A stretch of 64,000 nucleotides of DNA, taken from contig VXYK01000039.1 in the NCBI GenBank assembly GCA_009845995.1, forward strand, positions 2,640 to 66,639, read 5' to 3'. How positions within the stretch are numbered: position 1 is the stretch's first letter; every line of letters begins with the position of its first letter. Origin of the DNA: Acidimicrobiaceae bacterium (GTDB lineage Bacteria > Actinomycetota > Acidimicrobiia > Acidimicrobiales > Aldehydirespiratoraceae). The position numbers and the translations under genes are program-made. The notes under the pieces were generated by a model, which had not been told where the DNA came from, did no database searches, and saw only the letters and a program-made list of their open reading frames with translations. This document shows, one piece after another, positions 63,366 to 64,000 of the stretch.

Positions 63366-64000
63366 GGAACTTGCTGGTGGTGTTGTCCGCCAGAATCTTG
63401 CCGCCTGTCTGACACGTCGGGCAGTAGGCAACCGTGTAGCGCCGATATTCGACCGAGCGCACCAGATCATCGCAGGAAGTGCACTCAGACCCGATTCGAT
63501 GATGGACCTCATTGGGCCGGTTCCGCGACTTGCCGATCTCGTCGAGTGTTCTCTCGAACTCCAGATGTTGATCAACTACCAAGATCGTCGCCTCGTGGAG
63601 CCGAGCGATCTCATCCGCGCTCAACTTCGTGGTCATCGCGAAAGGCGACAGCTTCGCCGCATGGAGAATCTCGTTCGAAAGCAGACGGCCGACTCCCGCA
63701 ATCCGGCGCTGATCCCGCAGAAACCCGTGCACCCGGGTGTTGTCGGATCCGAGCGCGGCCACGAAGTCCGACCGACTGATACCTCGTGCTTCGGGGCCGA
63801 GATGATCAACCGGATCCTGGGTTGTCGGATCGCCTGTGACCAGCCAAACGCCCGCTTTGTGCTCAGTTCCGGCCTCGGTGAGCAGCAACGCGCCGCCGTC
63901 GGCGAAGACCCAGCGGGCCATGCCCGAACGCGGTTTTCGTGCTTGTTTCGGGTCGGGTCTAAGGCGACCGCCTTGCATCAGGTGGAGCACGAATGTGAAG
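63358..64000 (-). CDS. Fpg/Nei-family DNA glycosylase; 5' end lies beyond the window
   Basis: H2TH region RIAGVGRLLSNEILHAAKLSP and C-terminal zinc finger CTSCDDLV...YCPTCQ. The reading frame stays open up to position 64000 (..FTFVLHLMQGGRL). Confidence 0.75.
   Translation of the reverse strand, partial: FTFVLHLMQGGRLRPDPKQARKPRSGMARWVFADGGALLLTEAGTEHKAGVWLVTGDPTTQDPVDHLGPEARGISRSDFVAALGSDNTRVHGFLRDQRRIAGVGRLLSNEILHAAKLSPFAMTTKLSADEIARLHEATILVVDQHLEFERTLDEIGKSRNRPNEVHHRIGSECTSCDDLVRSVEYRRYTVAYCPTCQTGGKILADNTTSKFLK

Noticed and set aside
1-64000. Search for CRISPR arrays, tRNA/rRNA genes, integrases and transposases
   Set aside because: I saw no regularly spaced repeat-spacer array, no tRNA-like acceptor/T-arm sequences, no rRNA, and no recombinase or transposase motifs in any listed ORF. 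The 11-bp array at 6653 has no spacers.

Overview
High-GC, actinobacterial-type chromosomal segment (WhiB, UPF0182, DUF222-HNH, PPK plus a ROK kinase, LLM oxidoreductase, SdhCAB). I support about 60 CDS and saw no rRNA, tRNA or CRISPR array. Long antisense 'shadow' ORFs are common and were ignored. Housekeeping genes are interrupted by two accessory, defence-type regions. Region A (about 23.4-35.1 kb) sits between an AAA+ (ChlI/MoxR-like) gene and the vWA gene that I believe is normally its direct neighbour. It carries TetR/MaoC/kinase genes, two VapBC pairs, and a tightly coupled six-gene minus-strand operon: a GHKL-type ATPase, four proteins with no motif I recognise, and a C5-cytosine methyltransferase. 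It has no recognisable nuclease, helicase or Vsr. This is my best candidate for an undescribed modification-linked system. Region B (about 39.7-54.6 kb) is a dndB-less DNA phosphorothioation cluster. dndA is coupled to a PT-associated methyltransferase and is divergent from dndCDE. Next to it lies a five-gene coupled operon: a sigma-like HTH protein, a PLD-SF2 helicase, a 67 aa protein, a DndD-like SMC ATPase and a 158 aa protein. That operon does not look like DptFGH. The region ends in a PIN toxin-antitoxin pair and is bracketed by a 10-bp direct repeat. Smaller oddities: an 11-bp tandem array upstream of the UPF0182 gene, a G8 tract at an ORF junction in the candidate operon, a 15-bp triplication inside ppk, a roughly 90% AT block at the island edge, and a 410-bp structured non-coding gap after sdhB. 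All functional calls come from motifs read in the translations. No database search was run.
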